Under the pieces are notes generated by a model, which saw nothing but the letters and a program-made list of their open reading frames with translations, was not told the DNA's origin and did no database searches. Shown one piece after another: positions 1-9,493 of a stretch of DNA of 64,000 bases. The DNA lies in the NCBI GenBank assembly GCA_964593365.1, contig CAZQGQ010000001.1, forward strand, positions 178,384-242,383, read 5' to 3'. This DNA comes from an uncultured Candidatus Saccharibacteria bacterium (lineage in GTDB: Bacteria; Patescibacteriota; Minisyncoccia; Phycocordibacterales; Phycocordibacteraceae). The translations under genes were made by a program, and so were the position numbers. Positions within the stretch are counted from its first letter, which is position 1. Each line of letters opens with the position of its first letter.

Positions 1-1
1 C

Positions 2-460
2 GTGCTTGGTGCCGTCTCCTTCGTGTTCTCACTCGCTGCGCTTGGCATCCTCGCGTACGCAAGCATGCGCATGTATCAGATACGGGAACAGGAGCATCAT
101 GACAACCTTTCCAATCTCGATCCGGTAGAAGCCGAGCACGCGAAAGATCATTCGCGCTGGGCGCATATCCAGACGCTTATCGAGAGCGCTCATGCGCGCG
201 ATTGGCGCGAAGCCATCATGGAAGCGGATATTATGCTCGAGGACATGCTCGTCGAGCGCGGGTATGAAGGAGAGACGACCGCTGAACGCCTGAAGAAAGT
301 AAGCCAGGAGAAATTCAAGACGCTTCCGGAAGCATGGGAAGCGCACAAGGTCCGCAACTCCATCGCGCATGAAGGAATCGCGTACCCGCTTACTGACCAC
401 CTGGCATACCGAACTATCAAGCGCTACGAGGCGGTATTCAAGGAATTCGGAGAAATCTAG
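2..460 (+). CDS. Membrane-anchored hypothetical protein, 5'-truncated, with HEPN-like RNxxxH motif
   Basis: N-terminal TM helix; AHKVRNSIAHEG near the C-terminus; ORF open at the window edge. Confidence 0.7.
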   Translation: MLGAVSFVFSLAALGILAYASMRMYQIREQEHHDNLSNLDPVEAEHAKDHSRWAHIQTLIESAHARDWREAIMEADIMLEDMLVERGYEGETTAERLKKVSQEKFKTLPEAWEAHKVRNSIAHEGIAYPLTDHLAYRTIKRYEAVFKEFGEI

Positions 461-498
461 CTTGCTTTGGGCTCGAAATCCGTTATAGTATCGGCAAT

Positions 499-569
499 AG
501 CGGGGTAGAGGAGAGGTACCTCACGAGGCTCATAACCTCGGGACGCGGGTTCGATTCCCGCCCCCGCAA
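499..569 (+). tRNA. tRNA-Met(CAT), probably initiator
   Basis: AGCGGGG/CCCCGCA acceptor with 1:72 mismatch, CGAGG-CT CAT AA-CCTCG arm, GGTTCGATTCC T-arm; no encoded CCA. Confidence 0.9.
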
Positions 570-606
570 CACGATTTAGCGTACGAAACGCCTAAGCATC
601 ACTACT

Positions 607-2277
607 ATGCACACAATCACAAAACAGCTGAGTTTGGTTGCTGCGATAGCGCTGTTTGCTATGCCTCTAGGCGGAGCATACGCCCAAGTAGGAACTGCGT
701 GTCAGGCTCCTACGATCAATCTCTCAAAGGGGAGCACCGACGCGACAACTGGTGGGCAAGTTTCGCGTCTGCAGCGATTCTTGGTTCAGCACGAGAGCGG
801 ATCAAGCGTACTCATTTCCGGCACGTTTGATGCAATTACCGAGTCGGCTCTTAAGCGTTTCCAAACAAAATACGGGATCGCAAACTCAGGTGCTGCAAAC
901 ACAACAGGCTACGGCGCGGTCGGTCCGCTCACTCGCGCCACGATGCAGCGCACATGCGGTGCGTCCATACCGACGACAACGAGCGTCACTCCTTTACGTA
1001 ATCTGACTCCAGAGGTCCAAGTCGAGACAGTAGCCGATAACAAAGTGGTGGGCCGCTATCAGAACCTCCCAGCTAATTCCCAGATCCTATTGATTGATTT
1101 CTACAGCGGGAAGCAAGTTACAGGCTCCGACACGATCTACGTTCGCGCAGGCGGAAGCGGTTCATTTTCTTTTACCATCGATGACGATTGGAATGACGGC
1201 TCAGGAAGCCTGTTTAAGGTACAGGCCATGCCAGCTGGCGCATCGTGGCCGATCCTTGCAGTGAGTAAGAACTTCCAAGACGCCCGTAACGTAAAAAAGA
1301 GCCCTACCTGCACATTCACCTCCAGCTCCTATCAGGTCCAAAGCGGCGAGCGGTTCAAGCTCTCCTGGTCAAGCAAGGGAGCGAAGTTCGTATTCTGGGA
1401 AGGCAAGGAGGAATCGAAGAAGGGAAGCACGTCTTTGATCGAGACCGAGCCTGGCGTCCATCAGTATCACGTCACTGCTCAGGGCGATACGCTCCAAGCA
1501 CTATGCTTCGTACACGTGACGGTGACGGGAACCGGGGGGACAAGTAGCCCGCTTCCTGTAAGTCCTGTTACGACAACGAAGCCGTCAGGATCTTTTAGTA
1601 ACTCGTCCCTTACCGCCTACGTTGAGAATCCCGTTATTTCCGGCGCAGCCAAGGGAGTGACGACAGTCGGCTTCTCGATCGGGAAGGGTGACAAGGTGTA
1701 CGGAAGCGGCGACATCCAAGTCATTAACGGGGTGTGGACGCACCGTGTCGGCACGTCGCTTGCAAACGGCAAATACGACATTACCCTCTCGTACTATGAC
1801 GCAGTCGGAAGGAAGAGCGTGACCCTCAGCAAGGAAACCTTGGTCGTCAGCGCGTACTCGGAAGCAAGGGAAGCAGCCGGGAGCCCGGTCATCGTAAGCG
1901 TCTATGAGAGCTCTTCATCGGACGGGACTATCGTAGTGCGCTTGGAAGGAAACGATCGAACCCTGCCGCAGCCGCTGGTGCTTTCTGCATCGCGTCCGGT
2001 TAAGTGGGTCGTCGAGAATCCAGATGATCTGCCTCTCACAAAGATTATCGTTGTTGAATATAGTGGACGTCAGACCGTGAGCGCACCACAAGGAGTGAAG
2101 ATTGAGTATCTCAACCACAATCCGGACAGCGATGATTCGTATTCGTCTAAGAAAGGGATCCGAGCGGACGATCTCCTTGCTCTGTTGAAACGAAAGTTCG
2201 GGTATGGCGTTAGCGGAGTATTCGAAGAAAAGCGGTCAACCAATTTCATCGAGCTTTACATGGGCATAAAAGGCTAG
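607..2277 (+). CDS. Secreted protein with peptidoglycan-binding domain and Ig-like/beta-rich domains
   Basis: Signal peptide; VSRLQRFL...TESALKRFQ...GYGAVGPLTRA PG-binding pattern; S/T/G-rich beta segments. Confidence 0.8.
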   Translation: MHTITKQLSLVAAIALFAMPLGGAYAQVGTACQAPTINLSKGSTDATTGGQVSRLQRFLVQHESGSSVLISGTFDAITESALKRFQTKYGIANSGAANTTGYGAVGPLTRATMQRTCGASIPTTTSVTPLRNLTPEVQVETVADNKVVGRYQNLPANSQILLIDFYSGKQVTGSDTIYVRAGGSGSFSFTIDDDWNDGSGSLFKVQAMPAGASWPILAVSKNFQDARNVKKSPTCTFTSSSYQVQSGERFKLSWSSKGAKFVFWEGKEESKKGSTSLIETEPGVHQYHVTAQGDTLQALCFVHVTVTGTGGTSSPLPVSPVTTTKPSGSFSNSSLTAYVENPVISGAAKGVTTVGFSIGKGDKVYGSGDIQVINGVWTHRVGTSLANGKYDITLSYYDAVGRKSVTLSKETLVVSAYSEAREAAGSPVIVSVYESSSSDGTIVVRLEGNDRTLPQPLVLSASRPVKWVVENPDDLPLTKIIVVEYSGRQTVSAPQGVKIEYLNHNPDSDDSYSSKKGIRADDLLALLKRKFGYGVSGVFEEKRSTNFIELYMGIKG

Positions 2278-2301
2278 CTTCGAGCTGCCTGCCCGATACC
2301 G

Positions 2302-3000
2302 CTAACGCCTTCTGAACGTCTCGATCTCTCGGATCGAGCGGTTGCGGTGAATCAGTTCGTCGTTACGAACTGTTTCAAAGAATTCGTATTCGCTTTTCAC
2401 CTCTCGTCCGTAAAAGGCGAGGAAGTCGGAGACGACGGGGTTTTTCTTCAGGTGCTCCTCATTCCGGTTTATGAACTCCTGGTACTGCTTGAACGCATGG
2501 CGCTCGAACAGGTAATTCAGTTCGAGCGATGCCCGATGCGAGAGCATATAGAGGAAGTAGATAATCCAAAAGTAGATGAGCGCGAACAAGAGCGGTACGA
2601 GCGTGTATTTCACGAACCCGACGCGACCATGCTTCTTTGCAAGGTGCGACATCAAGACGACGTGCATGGTCTCGTTGTCCTGGGCTGCGCGCGTGAATGC
2701 GGTTGTCTTCGTAAGACGCATCGCGTGGTCCTCATCCCCATGGAATGCGGAGAGAAGGGTGTAGCTTGCCACCTCCCATGACTGGTACGGAATACGAGCG
2801 ACTACCTCTAGCGCCTTGAATTTTCCATACGAAGGCCGGCGTCCGAAGAGAAGGTTCCCGAAAGTCATCAGTATCCAGCCAAGTACGGCCGGAACGACGC
2901 CTACCTTGTAGTGGTCGTAGGGCTTTGCGTACTCCTCGCGGAGCTTCGGGTCCATGAGCTCTCGCACCAGGTCCTCATGCGACTGAAAATCCTCTGTCAT
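2302..3000 (-). CDS. Alternative oxidase/PTOX-like di-iron carboxylate protein
   Basis: Four iron-ligand motifs in AOX order: LEVVARIPY, NETMH, FERHAFKQY, DELIH. Confidence 0.8.
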   Translation of the reverse strand: MTEDFQSHEDLVRELMDPKLREEYAKPYDHYKVGVVPAVLGWILMTFGNLLFGRRPSYGKFKALEVVARIPYQSWEVASYTLLSAFHGDEDHAMRLTKTTAFTRAAQDNETMHVVLMSHLAKKHGRVGFVKYTLVPLLFALIYFWIIYFLYMLSHRASLELNYLFERHAFKQYQEFINRNEEHLKKNPVVSDFLAFYGREVKSEYEFFETVRNDELIHRNRSIREIETFRRR

Positions 3001-3065
3001 GATCGCTACTGTAGCATGCTCGCGCTCTGGAATTAGATTGGTTTTGCCGTATAGTACCCAAGATT

Positions 3066-3785
3066 ATGCAGGTAGTTATTCTCGCCGCAGGACGCGGAAC
3101 GCGCATGAAGGACCTCACCGTGGAGCTTCCAAAGCCCATGCTCCTTGTCGCTGGCAAAACCCTCCTTGAGCGCAAGTTCAACGAGCTTCCGCCTGAGGTA
3201 AGTGAGGTCATTATGGTAATCGGCTACCAAGGGGATAAGATCCGTGAGTACTTCGGTGATAGCTTGAACGGGACTGCTATCCGCTACGTCGAGCAGGAGA
3301 CCTTGGACGGGACCGGAGGTGCGCTCTGGAAAGCACGTCCACTATTGAAGGGTCGTTTCCTCGTCATGATGGGGGATGACCTGTATTCCCGAGAAGACAT
3401 CGACAAATGCATCGCAACTCCAGGCTGGGTGATCGGCGTCGAGGAGCGCGAATCCCTTTCAAGCGGCGGCTGCATCATCACTAACGCAGATGGGACTATC
3501 GCGGACATACAGGAAGGCAATCACGGAGGCGCTCCGGGCTTTATAAGCACGAACCTCTTCGCGCTTGATATGAGCGTGTTCGACTATCCTCTTGTGCCAA
3601 AGAGCGCAGGAAGCGATGAGTACGGATTGCCGCAAAGCGTGCTCGCGGCTTCTAAGAGCGGTTCCGTCCCTTTTACTGCAGTTATCGCAACCGGCTGGTT
3701 CCAGGTGACCGATCCCGATGACCTCACCAAAGCGGAGGAATGGCTTGCTTCCCGAGGAGCGGTTGAAGGAGAGGCTAAGAAATAG
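3066..3785 (+). CDS. Sugar-phosphate nucleotidyltransferase (GlmU-N-like)
   Basis: VILAAGRGTRM...PKPML, EQETLDGTGGAL, MGDD. Confidence 0.9.
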   Translation: MQVVILAAGRGTRMKDLTVELPKPMLLVAGKTLLERKFNELPPEVSEVIMVIGYQGDKIREYFGDSLNGTAIRYVEQETLDGTGGALWKARPLLKGRFLVMMGDDLYSREDIDKCIATPGWVIGVEERESLSSGGCIITNADGTIADIQEGNHGGAPGFISTNLFALDMSVFDYPLVPKSAGSDEYGLPQSVLAASKSGSVPFTAVIATGWFQVTDPDDLTKAEEWLASRGAVEGEAKK

Positions 3786-3800
3786 TAAGGTGTTCTCACT

Positions 3801-3874
3801 GCTGGTGTAGCTCAGGTAGTTAGAGCATAGGACTCATAAACCTAAGGTCGCAGGTGCAAGTCCTGCCACCAGCA
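3801..3874 (+). tRNA. tRNA with CAT anticodon (elongator Met or Ile2)
   Basis: GCTGGTG/CACCAGC acceptor, GCTC/GAGC D-stem, CT CAT AA loop; atypical TGCAAGT T-loop. Confidence 0.85.
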
Positions 3875-3893
3875 CACTGTTATACTCGCTCGT

Positions 3894-4145
3894 ATGGATG
3901 CAACCACCTTTATAGGTGTCCTTGGGGCGGGGATTCTCCTTATCGCGTTTATCGCGAACGAGACAGGGAAGCTCAGGGCTGAGACCTTCGCCTATGACCT
4001 CCTGAACCTCGTCGGGGCGGCTCTCTTGGTCTGGTACGCCCTTCTGCTTGAGTCCATCCCGTTCCTCATCCTTGAGGGCATCTGGGCCCTGGTTGCATTC
4101 CGGGACGTCTTCACGAAGCTTGCCGTACGGGGAAAAAACGGCTAA
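3894..4145 (+). CDS. Small three-TM membrane protein (CBU_0592-like)
   Basis: YDLLNLVGAALL...FLILEGIWAL pattern. Confidence 0.7.
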   Translation: MDATTFIGVLGAGILLIAFIANETGKLRAETFAYDLLNLVGAALLVWYALLLESIPFLILEGIWALVAFRDVFTKLAVRGKNG

Positions 4146-4168
4146 AGTGCTCTTTGTTCGAAACGTTT

Positions 4169-4242
4169 GCGGTCGTAGCTCAACTGGTTAGAGCACCCGC
4201 CTGTCACGCGGGAGGTTGCGAGTTCAAGTCTCGTCGACCGCG
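4169..4242 (+). tRNA. tRNA-Asp(GTC)
   Basis: GCGGTCG/CGACCGC acceptor, CCCGC-CT GTC AC-GCGGG, TTCAAGT T-loop. Confidence 0.95.
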
Positions 4243-4280
4243 CAAAGCACAAAGCCACCCGAAAGGGTGGCTTTGTGCGT
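4239..4280 (+). repeat. Direct repeat copy 1 (tRNA-Asp 3' end plus terminator hairpin)
   Basis: 38/42 identical to 5071-5112. Confidence 0.85.
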
Positions 4281-4293
4281 GTATACTTTTCAC

Positions 4294-4986
4294 ATGCCTC
4301 CAGAAACTGTCTTCGCGCCTCGAAGCTCTGTAATGATGCGAATCAGTATCTTCGTAGCACTGCTACTCACTTTTTTTGTTGGATGTATTGGAACCTACTT
4401 TATCCTCACTTCGCGCACCACGGAGGAGGTATCTATACCAACAAATACTGAAGATGGGCGTGTGTGGGTTACGTATTCGTCCATAGTAACTGCAACAACG
4501 ACCACACATGTCTCGGCAAATGGAGAGCCATACTCAATAGCACATTCTGCAGGCTTTAGTATTGCAGTGCCTGTAAGGGAGGCCTACGAAGCTGCCCTTG
4601 AAAGCTATCCCTTTCAAACCTCAATTGAAGTTCAGGATTCAGCGGTAACTTTCAGGGCTCCTGTAGGAACTACAGATTCCGAGTACAACACCTTTATTGC
4701 CCTATATCTTGAGAGAAATGATACGAGCGACTATACAACTCAGGAAAGTTGCGTTATGTGTCAATCCTATGTGAAGGAAGTAAATACTCAGGGAGTTACG
4801 TACTATCGTTATGGCGAGTATCGACGTGGCTTGAATGCACAATATCAGTTTCCAAACATAGATGATGCGGCCACGACGCTTCAGATAACGATTAATTCGC
4901 ATAAGGACTATACCGACGAAGAGATACTAAGAATTTTAAATAGCGTCAAGAAGATAACAGAGACTCAATCTCTTACTCACGACTAG
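4294..4986 (+). CDS. Hypothetical membrane-anchored protein (AT-richer insert)
   Basis: N-terminal TM helix; ATG 6 nt after TATACT; lies between the direct repeats. Confidence 0.7.
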   Translation: MPPETVFAPRSSVMMRISIFVALLLTFFVGCIGTYFILTSRTTEEVSIPTNTEDGRVWVTYSSIVTATTTTHVSANGEPYSIAHSAGFSIAVPVREAYEAALESYPFQTSIEVQDSAVTFRAPVGTTDSEYNTFIALYLERNDTSDYTTQESCVMCQSYVKEVNTQGVTYYRYGEYRRGLNAQYQFPNIDDAATTLQITINSHKDYTDEEILRILNSVKKITETQSLTHD

Positions 4987-5070
4987 TAAATTTCACAATT
5001 AGAGACTCTAGAGATAAGTGTCTCCGTGCTTTACAGCTCTAAATCTTAATTCCAACAACGTCCACTAGCT

Positions 5071-5112
5071 CGCGCAAAGTACAAGGCCATCTGAAAGGGT
5101 GGCTTTGTGCGT
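5071..5112 (+). repeat. Direct repeat copy 2
   Basis: CGCGCAAAGTACAAGGCCATCTGAAAGGGTGGCTTTGTGCGT matches 4239-4280. Confidence 0.85.
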
Positions 5113-5127
5113 TATATACTCTCAAGC

Positions 5128-5631
5128 ATGACCACCAACCGTCGAAGCCTCTTTTTTGCTTTGGTTCTTATTGCCGTTGTCGTGCTCGGTATCTGGTATC
5201 TTACGAGCGTAAAGAGCGGAGAAGTGCCTGAAGAGACGTGGACGCATGAATATATTCCCTACCCTCACCCTCAATTCGTTCCGCAGTGGCCAAACGAGTT
5301 CCATAATGGTCTCGTCATATCGCCTCAGTCAGCATCAAGCGTAAAGGCGGACCAAGCGTATCTGGAGAGTCCCGGTTTTATTGTCGTGCATCGCGTAGTT
5401 CGGGATTCTCCTGAAGAAGTGTTAGGCGTAAGTTCGTATCTTGCTAATGGCCTTCATAAGGACGTGCCGCTTAATGCTTCTCTTGAGGCAAACTCAATCT
5501 ATTTCGCTTTTCTCTACGCGGATGACGGAGACAGGGTCTTTGACATTACCAAAGACGCAAGACTTAAGTTCTACGACGCGCCGAACAAGACATACCCTGA
5601 AAACCGGGTCGCTCAGTTTGAGACCCTATAA
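5128..5631 (+). CDS. Membrane-anchored protein, DUF7282-like surface domain
   Basis: N-terminal TM; GFIVVH...VLGVSSYL..G.H.DV...FLYADDGD. Confidence 0.65.
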   Translation: MTTNRRSLFFALVLIAVVVLGIWYLTSVKSGEVPEETWTHEYIPYPHPQFVPQWPNEFHNGLVISPQSASSVKADQAYLESPGFIVVHRVVRDSPEEVLGVSSYLANGLHKDVPLNASLEANSIYFAFLYADDGDRVFDITKDARLKFYDAPNKTYPENRVAQFETL

Positions 5632-5634
5632 AGA

Positions 5635-6102
5635 TTAGGATGAGGTGCGGTTACTCACGAGAATAAACACGATTGCCAAGACCACGCCAAGAAGGCAGCC
5701 TGCGGCTACCTGAAGTGGCGTATGGACGCCAAGATCGATACGACTCAAACAGATGGCAATCGCTGCAATCGCGCAGGCGCCATAGATTACATGCCGTAGG
5801 GGTTTCTGCATATTCCGTGCGAGGTAGCAAAGCGCAAGCGCAAGGAATACAGATCCGGATGCATGTCCGCTCGGGAACGCATAGCCGGCGGCTTCAATAA
5901 GCGCGTCGTTTGGACGAGGGATACGGAGGGTTTCCTTCAGAATTTGCGTCGAGAGCATGAGACCGAGTGCGCTCATTGCGAAGCAAAACGCCCGTAGCGG
6001 ATTTCGTTTCGATATAAGCCATATAACAATGAGCGCTACAGCGACCAGAAAGCCTTCGGTGCTCGCGATCTTCGTGAAGAGAAATAGGTAGAGAGAATCC
6101 AT
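5635..6102 (-). CDS. PAP2-family phosphatase
   Basis: KxxxxxPRP, FPSGHA, SRIDLGVH motifs. Confidence 0.9.
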   Translation of the reverse strand: MDSLYLFLFTKIASTEGFLVAVALIVIWLISKRNPLRAFCFAMSALGLMLSTQILKETLRIPRPNDALIEAAGYAFPSGHASGSVFLALALCYLARNMQKPLRHVIYGACAIAAIAICLSRIDLGVHTPLQVAAGCLLGVVLAIVFILVSNRTSS

Positions 6103-6188
6103 GTGTCATCTATTCTAACCTGCGTAGAAATTAACGCGCCTAGGTAAGGTGTTTTCCCATCAGTAGAACTTGGTATACTGCCACCACC

Positions 6189-6893
6189 ATGCCTCCGAAT
6201 GAGAGCTTTGCTGCGCTTCGAAGCAAAAACACAGCGCCGGCATTTCATACGCGCTTCGAAAAGGCGTTTACGTTTATCAAGGGACATGTTGAGGAGCCTG
6301 GAGAGCCGCGTTTGTTCCGTAAAGTGAATATCTCCAAGTTCGACGTCATTCCGCTTGGAGTGCCGGAACGAATGCAGATGCTCATCGATGAATGCGAGAT
6401 ATATCTCGCGATGCCTATGTGGACCGATAAGTTCGGCACGAACCATCATCGAGTGGAAGACGAGGGCGAGCCTGGACGGCGTGATTGGCGCAACGATCCC
6501 GCATCCATTGCCGAATACGGCGCTGACGTCATGAAGGTGCTAAGCGAAGAGAACCGCCTCATGGTCAACAATATGACCAACATCCAGATAGCCGCACGAG
6601 GCCTCTGGAACGCGATGAATAGCACCATAATCGAATCCCCGGACATTGACCGACTCAAAGCCTCCGTCGAGGCTCTCTATCGCGCGTTCGGGGAGCGCGT
6701 TATGACAGAAGAAGAGACCAAAGGCATGACCGACAGGGTTAAGAAGTACATGCGCGAGCAGGTTTTTACTCTCTTCATGACCAAGTACAAAGACTGGCCG
6801 AATCTTGCTGAGGACGGGATAAACGGGAAAGTTCCGTTCGTAAAGGAGTTCAGCGCGAAGCTGCGCGAGTACTTAGACGTCGCTAGCAGCTAG
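6189..6893 (+). CDS. Hypothetical protein
   Basis: 234-aa ORF with upstream GGTATACT box; no recognised motif. Confidence 0.6.
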   Translation: MPPNESFAALRSKNTAPAFHTRFEKAFTFIKGHVEEPGEPRLFRKVNISKFDVIPLGVPERMQMLIDECEIYLAMPMWTDKFGTNHHRVEDEGEPGRRDWRNDPASIAEYGADVMKVLSEENRLMVNNMTNIQIAARGLWNAMNSTIIESPDIDRLKASVEALYRAFGERVMTEEETKGMTDRVKKYMREQVFTLFMTKYKDWPNLAEDGINGKVPFVKEFSAKLREYLDVASS

Positions 6894-8053
6894 CGCGTAT
6901 CCTTGAGCCAAAGAGAAGGCAAAAGCCCGAGAAGCATCACGACGCCAAGCGCGATAAAAAGGTACTGAAGCGGGAACGCGAACAGGAAGAGGACGCCGAG
7001 CAGGGGACCGATGATGTAGGCGATAGGCCGGAGCATCCGGTACGCGCTCACTTCGCCCGAGTCTCCGCCGTGCACGTGCTTGAAGAAATACGCTTCGCTC
7101 CCGATATCAAGGAGCGCGGCCCCGACGCGTGTACCAAAGAGTGCGAGTGCCCATACCCAGACGCTCGTAGCGGTAATAAGAGCAAGTGCCGCTACTGCAA
7201 TTGCAGAGAGCACGAAGCCTGTAAGCAGCACCTCCTGTTCGCCCCAGGCAGAGTCCTCAAGGCGACCCACAGGAATCTCAAGCACGAGGAAAGGGATGAG
7301 CATCACCGCAAAGACGATCGCCATATGCTCAAGCGGCATGCCGATGTACTCGTGGAGATAGAGAGGGACATACACGACCATGACCGAATAAAAGATCTGC
7401 AGCAGGAACTGCACGCAAAAGATGCTCTGGAGATCCTTAGAAGCAGAGACCTTTCGGAAGACTGCGGGCCAGTCGGGGCGCTCGTACTCTGCGTCCTGGA
7501 ACTCTCGAAGAAGCCTTCCAGAAATGATCGCAAGCGCGAAGAGCATCAGGGAGCCAACCAGATACACGAATGAGAACGCGCCATTTGCAAGAAGCACGAT
7601 CAGAAGGATCTGCGCCGCTGCCAGTCCTCCGTTGACGAGCGTCACGTACATGCCGCGACGCCCGCCCGTCTTATGGATGTCGCCTGAAACGGTTGCAAGG
7701 AAGATATCGATTAGCACGTAGAGGCTCACCGAAAGCCCGATCGCCGCTGAAAGCAATAACGCGGAGACCAGTGGGATAGTACTCACTGCTACTGCAAAAA
7801 AGAGCGCTCCTGCAGCAACGAAGCCCATGACAAGCAGGTGCCGGTCTCCGAACATGCGAAGCGCGAACGGGACAAGGAGCATGAGAGCAAGCGCGACAGC
7901 GTAGCCCAAGGCTGAGATCATGCCGACGCCCTGGTCGGTAAACCCAAGCTCATCCAGATAGGATGAGTTCAGGAAGATAATGAGCCCGTACTGAAGGCTG
8001 TAGAGAAAGGAAAGTATGAAAATGTTCCTGCGAAGGACGCTTGCAACAGTCAT
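6890..8053 (-). CDS. MFS transporter
   Basis: About 12 hydrophobic helices; GRLEDSAWG motif-A-like segment. Confidence 0.85.
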   Translation of the reverse strand: MTVASVLRRNIFILSFLYSLQYGLIIFLNSSYLDELGFTDQGVGMISALGYAVALALMLLVPFALRMFGDRHLLVMGFVAAGALFFAVAVSTIPLVSALLLSAAIGLSVSLYVLIDIFLATVSGDIHKTGGRRGMYVTLVNGGLAAAQILLIVLLANGAFSFVYLVGSLMLFALAIISGRLLREFQDAEYERPDWPAVFRKVSASKDLQSIFCVQFLLQIFYSVMVVYVPLYLHEYIGMPLEHMAIVFAVMLIPFLVLEIPVGRLEDSAWGEQEVLLTGFVLSAIAVAALALITATSVWVWALALFGTRVGAALLDIGSEAYFFKHVHGGDSGEVSAYRMLRPIAYIIGPLLGVLFLFAFPLQYLFIALGVVMLLGLLPSLWLKDTR

Positions 8054-8096
8054 GACTCTCCTTATTCTAGCACCTGACTTCCGCTACTTCTGCGTG

Positions 8097-8462
8097 CTAC
8101 TGGCCGCTACCTTCTTTGCGGATAGCATCGAACTCGCGTTCAAACGTATCGATGACCTCGTCGCTGCCGTCCTCGATATCGATGAGCTGGTTTCGCGCTG
8201 AGTCGATAGCCTTGATGAGCTCGTCGAGCTTGAGGTGCACGGCATGCGCATCGCGGTTCTGGGTGTTCTGAATGAGGAACACCATGAGGAAGGTAAGGAT
8301 TGTCGTACCTGTGTTCACCATGAGCTGCCAGGTGGTAGAGAAATGGAACACGGGTCCCAAGACTGCCCAGAGCACAATGAGTGAAAAGGCGACGACAAAC
8401 GCCCACGGGGATCCGGTAACGCCGCTCGTCCAGTGAGCTACTCTTCGAAATAGGTCATGCAT
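8097..8462 (-). CDS. Low-affinity iron permease (Fet4-like) family protein
   Basis: WQLMVNTGTTILTFLMVFLIQNTQNRD...KLDELI. Confidence 0.9.
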   Translation of the reverse strand: MHDLFRRVAHWTSGVTGSPWAFVVAFSLIVLWAVLGPVFHFSTTWQLMVNTGTTILTFLMVFLIQNTQNRDAHAVHLKLDELIKAIDSARNQLIDIEDGSDEVIDTFEREFDAIRKEGSGQ

Positions 8463-8567
8463 ATGCCCACATCATACCAGCTTCATAAGAGAGAGGGCCT
8501 GTTATCCGACCGAGCAAAAGATTGAAATAACCCCGTAAATTGGTTAGGATTCCCAAGTTCGCATCTA

Positions 8568-8642
8568 GCCGATGTAGCTCAGGGGTAGAGCAACTCCATG
8601 GTAAGGAGTAGGTCGGCGGTTCAATTCCGCCCATCGGCTCCA
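8568..8642 (+). tRNA. tRNA-Thr(GGT)
   Basis: GCCGATG/CATCGGC acceptor, AT GGT AA loop, encoded CCA. Confidence 0.95.
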
Positions 8643-8666
8643 GGACATGGTCACCCGTGTCTGTGC

Positions 8667-8742
8667 GCCATCGTAGCTCAGTTGGTAGAGCATCTCACTC
8701 GTAACGAGAAGGTCGCCGGTTCAATCCCGGCCGATGGCTCCA
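8667..8742 (+). tRNA. tRNA-Thr(CGT)
   Basis: GCCATCG/CGATGGC acceptor, CT CGT AA loop, encoded CCA. Confidence 0.95.
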
Positions 8743-8745
8743 AAC

Positions 8746-9486
8746 TCACTTCGATCCTTTTTGTCTCCAGAGAAAGTCGAAATATCGTTGGTAATTCTTT
8801 GCGATCTCGGAGTTGATTATCTCAACGACAAAATACGACCCGATATACGAGCGAATAGCGATGCGATCATCCATAATCGCCGTGCAACTCGTGTCGCTTG
8901 TGATAAGTGGATTCTGTTTGAACTCAGTTAAGCCCTTCGTTGTCTTGGCGTACGTTCGGTCTTTAGCCATAACGTCAGGAACGATATGCTTCAAATGGAG
9001 TTTCTTTTGCTTTTGCAGATCTGCGAGTTCTTCAACTACCCCGGGACCCATAATGTCGTACCACTGCGGGGACACACCAAGAAAGCGAAGGGTGCTACCG
9101 ACTTTCGCATTTCCGTACGTTCTGCGCTCGTGTTGTCGTATCTCATCTATTCCTTCGTACACGACAATCCCTTGGGCACTGCCTTTTGAAAGGGAAGAGA
9201 GTTCTCTGATAGCGTCTTTTGCGACGGCCTCCTTCTCATGGATCGCACTTAAGAGCTGAATGGGTGGGAGCGCTCGGTATACGGCAACCCCTTTTATTTG
9301 GGATACGGATATAAGCTTCTTATCAACAAGTTCCGAAAGAGCCGTGTATACAAGATTTCGGTGAAGTCCCGTGCTTTTGATAAGTTCTCCCGCTTTAGCC
9401 TCGCCTTCGCGCGAGAGTTTCAGATACACCGTTGACTGGTTGGGAGTAAGCCCGACCTTTTGCAAGTTCTGATATAAGGCTGTCAT
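8746..9486 (-). CDS. TrmB-family HTH transcriptional regulator
   Basis: LQKVGLTPNQSTVYLKL...TGLHRNLVYTALSELVDKKLI; YEGIDEI; YFDFLW C-terminus. Confidence 0.85.
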   Translation of the reverse strand: MTALYQNLQKVGLTPNQSTVYLKLSREGEAKAGELIKSTGLHRNLVYTALSELVDKKLISVSQIKGVAVYRALPPIQLLSAIHEKEAVAKDAIRELSSLSKGSAQGIVVYEGIDEIRQHERRTYGNAKVGSTLRFLGVSPQWYDIMGPGVVEELADLQKQKKLHLKHIVPDVMAKDRTYAKTTKGLTEFKQNPLITSDTSCTAIMDDRIAIRSYIGSYFVVEIINSEIAKNYQRYFDFLWRQKGSK

Positions 9487-9493
9487 CAGGTAT

